The notes under the pieces: generated by a model
The model's database searches: none
Seen by the model: the letters and a program-made list of their open reading frames with translations, nothing else
Told to the model about the DNA's origin: nothing
Source of the DNA: a virus
Lineage: Duplodnaviria; Caudoviricetes
IMG/VR virus record: IMGVR_UViG_3300009514_000027
Span: 1 to 60,761 of that record
DNA length: 60,761 bases
Direction: 5' to 3' (one strand)
Shown: positions 58,030 to 60,761 of the stretch, piece by piece
Numbering within the stretch: the first letter of the stretch is position 1
Layout of the letters: each line of letters opens with the position of its first letter
Made by a program: the position numbers and the translations under genes

Positions 58030-58224
58030 TTAAAAATCATTTTTCTTATGTAGTTTTTTAATTATCTTTACATGGGGCATTGAAAATTCAGATAGATAAA
58101 ACTTCTCTGCATAGTCATTATTACCTCCGTCTGTCCATCTAATTATATAAAATTCTCCTTTCTCTGTATCGAAATATACCTGATTATCTCTATTAGGTAT
58201 CATTCCTTCTGGTAAGTTTTTCAT
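58030..58224 (-). CDS. hypothetical protein
   Basis: 64 aa, A-rich start region. Confidence 0.55.
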   Translation of the reverse strand: MKNLPEGMIPNRDNQVYFDTEKGEFYIIRWTDGGNNDYAEKFYLSEFSMPHVKIIKKLHKKNDF

Positions 58225-58308
58225 TTTATTTTATATAGTTGAAAGTGCAAAAGTTAATAAGTATTCGGCACTATGTGTATAGCGTGTATTTACAAGTTAG
58301 GCGTAATT

Positions 58309-58740
58309 TTAGCGACCAGCCAACTGTTCAACATTGGAAGCGAAAATTATACCCTTATTGAATTGGTTTAAATCCATGTGGTTTCTATCACACATTTTAC
58401 CATTCTTACATCTTTCCACCATCACACCATGATTTTCTTTACACGGTATTATTCTAATTTCATCATATTCTAAATGTTCATATCCGCTTTCATGCGTTAT
58501 TTGAATTATTTTACCTTTAGAATAAACCGATACGAACTTACCTTTGCCAGTTGTGGGTATCATAGTTCCATTAAAACCGTCCATGTTAAAATTATGTATT
58601 TTAGAATAATACAATCTCTTTACATCACGTTTAAACCAACCAATCCAATATTTCCGCATCGACCATTTATACTTGAAGTTAAAAAAACTACGCCTAACAG
58701 CAAGTATATTCAATTGCGGTTTTTGTGCTTTATTTTCCAT
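58309..58740 (-). CDS. cassette-encoded hypothetical protein
   Basis: 143 aa. The N-terminus KPQLNILAVRRS is encoded by the left arm of the attC-like site. Confidence 0.7.
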   Translation of the reverse strand: MENKAQKPQLNILAVRRSFFNFKYKWSMRKYWIGWFKRDVKRLYYSKIHNFNMDGFNGTMIPTTGKGKFVSVYSKGKIIQITHESGYEHLEYDEIRIIPCKENHGVMVERCKNGKMCDRNHMDLNQFNKGIIFASNVEQLAGR

Positions 58741-58824
58741 TTATTTAAGTTATTTAAGTTATTACTAATTTGAAAGTATTATTCGTTTAAGTCCGCAACT
58801 AAATATACTTGCGAACCGTTATAA
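58692..58824 (+). repeat. complete attC-like site (133 bp)
   Basis: GCCTAAC-AGCAAGTATATTCAATTGCGG ... CCGCAACTAAATATACTTGC-GAACC-GTTATAA. Confidence 0.8.
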
Positions 58825-58842
58825 GCAAAGTTTAAACCCCGC

Positions 58843-59046
58843 CTACGCACGGAGTTCTTTTGCAGATGGCTCAAAGTAGCACATAGTCAAAGCAACTAAA
58901 TGTTTTCTACCTGTTTTTTCGGTTAGTTCCTTTGCCTTCTTCTTTGCTTCATCCTCTGTTCTAAACCAATCCTCGTATTGATGAGGATAGTCAGTTAATA
59001 CGAGCCATCTTTGCTCTTTTTTTGGTTCTGCTTTTGTCTTTGCCAT
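58843..59046 (-). CDS. cassette-encoded hypothetical protein
   Basis: 67 aa, F.TEDEAKKKAKEL helix motif. Confidence 0.6.
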   Translation of the reverse strand: MAKTKAEPKKEQRWLVLTDYPHQYEDWFRTEDEAKKKAKELTEKTGRKHLVALTMCYFEPSAKELRA

Positions 59047-59113
59047 TTTATTTGTTTTTACAGTTAATAATGCCCTCGCAAAAGGGGTTTTACTATCTTA
59101 TAGCCCCGATACG

Positions 59114-59392
59114 TTACCTGCCGTGCCCCGACAAATCAATCGGACTATCCCAATCTAACACCTCGATATTTTTATCAAGCACGGAAAGTTTGCCATTGCT
59201 ACTTAGCATTATCAGACATTGAGATATTCCCCTTTGCATCCTTTCGTTTGTTATTACCTGTTTAATCGTTCCATCGCTAAACTTTCCTAATAGCAGGAAA
59301 TTCTTTAATGATGGCATGGCAGGTAGCAAGGGCTTTACAAAACCCGCAACAGTGGTAGTTTTGGCTTTTGTGTTTTTAATTTTCTTCTTCAT
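59114..59392 (-). CDS. cassette-encoded hypothetical protein
   Basis: 92 aa. The stop codon is the TTA of the GTTA box and the start lies inside the attC-like loop. Confidence 0.65.
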   Translation of the reverse strand: MKKKIKNTKAKTTTVAGFVKPLLPAMPSLKNFLLLGKFSDGTIKQVITNERMQRGISQCLIMLSSNGKLSVLDKNIEVLDWDSPIDLSGHGR

Positions 59393-59449
59393 AGTTTTAC
59401 AGTTTAGTGTTATTTAATGTGGGCTTCGCCAAGCCCGATAATGTTATGT
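59321..59449 (+). repeat. attC-like site (129 bp) with mutated R'' (AGC instead of AAC)
   Basis: AGGTAGC-AAGGGCTTTACAAAACCCGC ... GTGGGCTTCGCCAAGCCC-GATAAT-GTTATGT. Confidence 0.7.
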
Positions 59450-59455
59450 GCAAGG

Positions 59456-59728
59456 CTACCATTCTCCTCCGTATTGGGCTGCATCCGCTTCTGCCTGTCC
59501 TTGTGCATTTTGTTCTGCTTCATATCTTGCTTGGTCGGCTTGGGCTTCTTGTTCTGCCTGTTCTTTTGCCATTTGCTCCTCTGCCCATTGTTGGTAGTGT
59601 CCATCGCTTCCATGATTAATGTCGCCCATACACATTGAGCAGATACTTTGTCCGTCAGGCACGGATGAGCCACATTGTGAACATTGTCTCATTTTGTTTT
59701 TCAATTTAACTTTAGTTTCGTTTTCCAT
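59456..59728 (-). CDS. small zinc-ribbon protein
   Basis: CSQC...CSMC followed by a Q/A/E-rich helical tail. Confidence 0.65.
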   Translation of the reverse strand: MENETKVKLKNKMRQCSQCGSSVPDGQSICSMCMGDINHGSDGHYQQWAEEQMAKEQAEQEAQADQARYEAEQNAQGQAEADAAQYGGEW

Positions 59729-59774
59729 AGTGTATTTAGTTTAATTTTTTCGTACCACCCCAAGCCAAGAGCCG

Positions 59775-60587
59775 TTAGCGTATTTGTTGTCCTAAAATAT
59801 TATAAATTTCTATATATTGAAAATTATCTGCTTTCTTACATTTACAATAAGTAATCTTTGAATATGCAAAAGCTCCATCATAATCCACTTGTTTAAGCCT
59901 AAAATAGGCTGAAATACAGTCTACGGAGTAGTCATACCACCTTTGGGTAGAACTCGTGCCAGAACCGCTTATTTTAACTAAATTTGCCCATTCTTCTATA
60001 TTTACGCTTTTTTGGACTATAAAATAGTCGTTATTGACTTCTGATGCTGTACTCCATTGTAGTACTTGTCTTGCACAATTAAAAAATAACAGTTCTATTG
60101 GTAAAGGAGTAGTATTTATGAAATAGGGGCAAAAAGTTACAAATCCATTACATCCTCCTCCTCCCCAAGCCCTCATTCTATAACAAAGAGTATAGTTTGC
60201 CCCTGTTGTTAGTCCTGAATATGATAATCCTGTACTGATAAAAGTACAGGAGTTGTCATAAAGATTATAAGGTCCAAAGGATTTATTATTACAGTTAGTA
60301 GAATTTCCTGCGTCTGCAAGTATATCTGTTCCTGCCGCAGCCAGTGATAGAAGTCCTGTTGAAGCTAATCTTAGACCTGTGTCCGCATCTGATTCGAATG
60401 CATAAGATGGAACTGCAACTGAACCTGTGCCTGCTTGAACTGTATCACCGGCGTTGGTAGGTGATAGTATTGTACCTGTTCTTACCCACTCAACGTTATA
60501 GGTAGAACCACTTCCGGCTTCTGTCAGGTCATCCCAGCTAGAACCATTGTAGAAGTATATATTAGTTCCATCGCTGAATATGTCCAA
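59775..60587 (-). CDS. chimeric ORF: fibre-like N-part plus Bacteroidota LPIEL domain with truncated T9SS-like tail
   Basis: PSYAFESDADTGL (fibre-type), then PLPIELL.F...WSTASEVNNDYF...YFRLKQVDYDG...IEIYNILGQ. The stop coincides with the GTTA box. Confidence 0.5.
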   Translation of the reverse strand: MDIFSDGTNIYFYNGSSWDDLTEAGSGSTYNVEWVRTGTILSPTNAGDTVQAGTGSVAVPSYAFESDADTGLRLASTGLLSLAAAGTDILADAGNSTNCNNKSFGPYNLYDNSCTFISTGLSYSGLTTGANYTLCYRMRAWGGGGCNGFVTFCPYFINTTPLPIELLFFNCARQVLQWSTASEVNNDYFIVQKSVNIEEWANLVKISGSGTSSTQRWYDYSVDCISAYFRLKQVDYDGAFAYSKITYCKCKKADNFQYIEIYNILGQQIR

Positions 60588-60708
60588 CGGCAGGCCTTTA
60601 CAGTCCTATTATTCTGAACTGGAATTGGAAAGAGTGCGGTCTCTTAACCAGTACGATATGAAACTCTACCGGTTCGTTAAAAGACGCCTGCAGAATACAG
60701 CAGAGTGA
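60580..60708 (+). pseudogene. C-terminal fragment resembling a sulfotransferase-family protein
   Basis: My translation is MSNGRPLQSYYSELELERVRSLNQYDMKLYRFVKRRLQNTAE*. The N..D..LY.F pattern resembles sulfotransferase C-termini. Higher GC than the phage. Confidence 0.35.
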
Positions 60709-60761
60709 ATGATGTAAAGATATGGTTTCGGGTAACTCTGGAAAAAAGAAACTTTTAAAAG

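Larger units (their letters stand above)
58266..59780 (+). mobile_element. integron-like gene cassette array (attC-type sites, no integrase in window)
   Basis: R'-like boxes at 58296 (GTTAGGC), 58818 (GTTATAA), 59113 (GTTACCT), 59443 (GTTATGT) and 59774 (GTTAGCG). Each is within 0-25 nt of a minus-strand stop codon. Two complete imperfect inverted repeats. Confidence 0.72.

Noticed and set aside
59407-59673. Alternative overlapping ORFs 59410..59673 (-), 59407..59619 (+), 59417..59638 (+), and similarly 58474..58773 (+)
   Set aside because: 59456..59728 has an ATG with an A-rich leader, a CxxC-CxxC motif and fits the cassette boundaries. The others cross the attC-like sites or are antisense shadows.
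58266-59780. CRISPR array or simple terminators as the explanation of the repeats
   Set aside because: The units are not identical direct repeats and are hundreds of bp apart. The hairpins have AAC/GTT ends, long loops and no U-tracts.

Overview
About 57 kb of this window is the virion (late) module of a crAss-like phage (Crassvirales-type), all on the + strand. In order it has small regulatory genes, a terminase large subunit with two LAGLIDADG inteins, portal, putative scaffold, major capsid protein, ring/hub/fibre proteins, a DUF5675 lysin, tail tubular and stabilisation proteins, and the large ejected cargo proteins. The cargo set includes a 2309-aa single-chain virion RNA polymerase (RIPTQ...GGDMDFDK). 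Eight Bacteroidota-type promoters (TTTG-like box, exactly 20 nt, then TAnnTTTG) and A-rich start regions without Shine-Dalgarno sites point to a Bacteroidota host. The standard genetic code is used. The last ~3.5 kb switches to small minus-strand ORFs. Three signals stand out. (1) The minus-strand ORFs sit in an integron-like array of attC-type sites, with each cassette end complementary to its own R'' box, ORFs inverted, and start codons inside the attC loop. (2) A promoter-driven, ORF-less structured RNA at ~57.0-57.1 kb has G-U-containing stems, an AGUA/GAA bulged-G (loop E) motif and a loop-loop complementarity. (3) There is a perfect promoter inside the RNAP gene and a 31-bp operator-like repeat at a fixed distance upstream of the portal and scaffold/capsid promoters. 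The last ~500 bp look chimeric. Family assignments come from motif recognition and synteny, not database searches.
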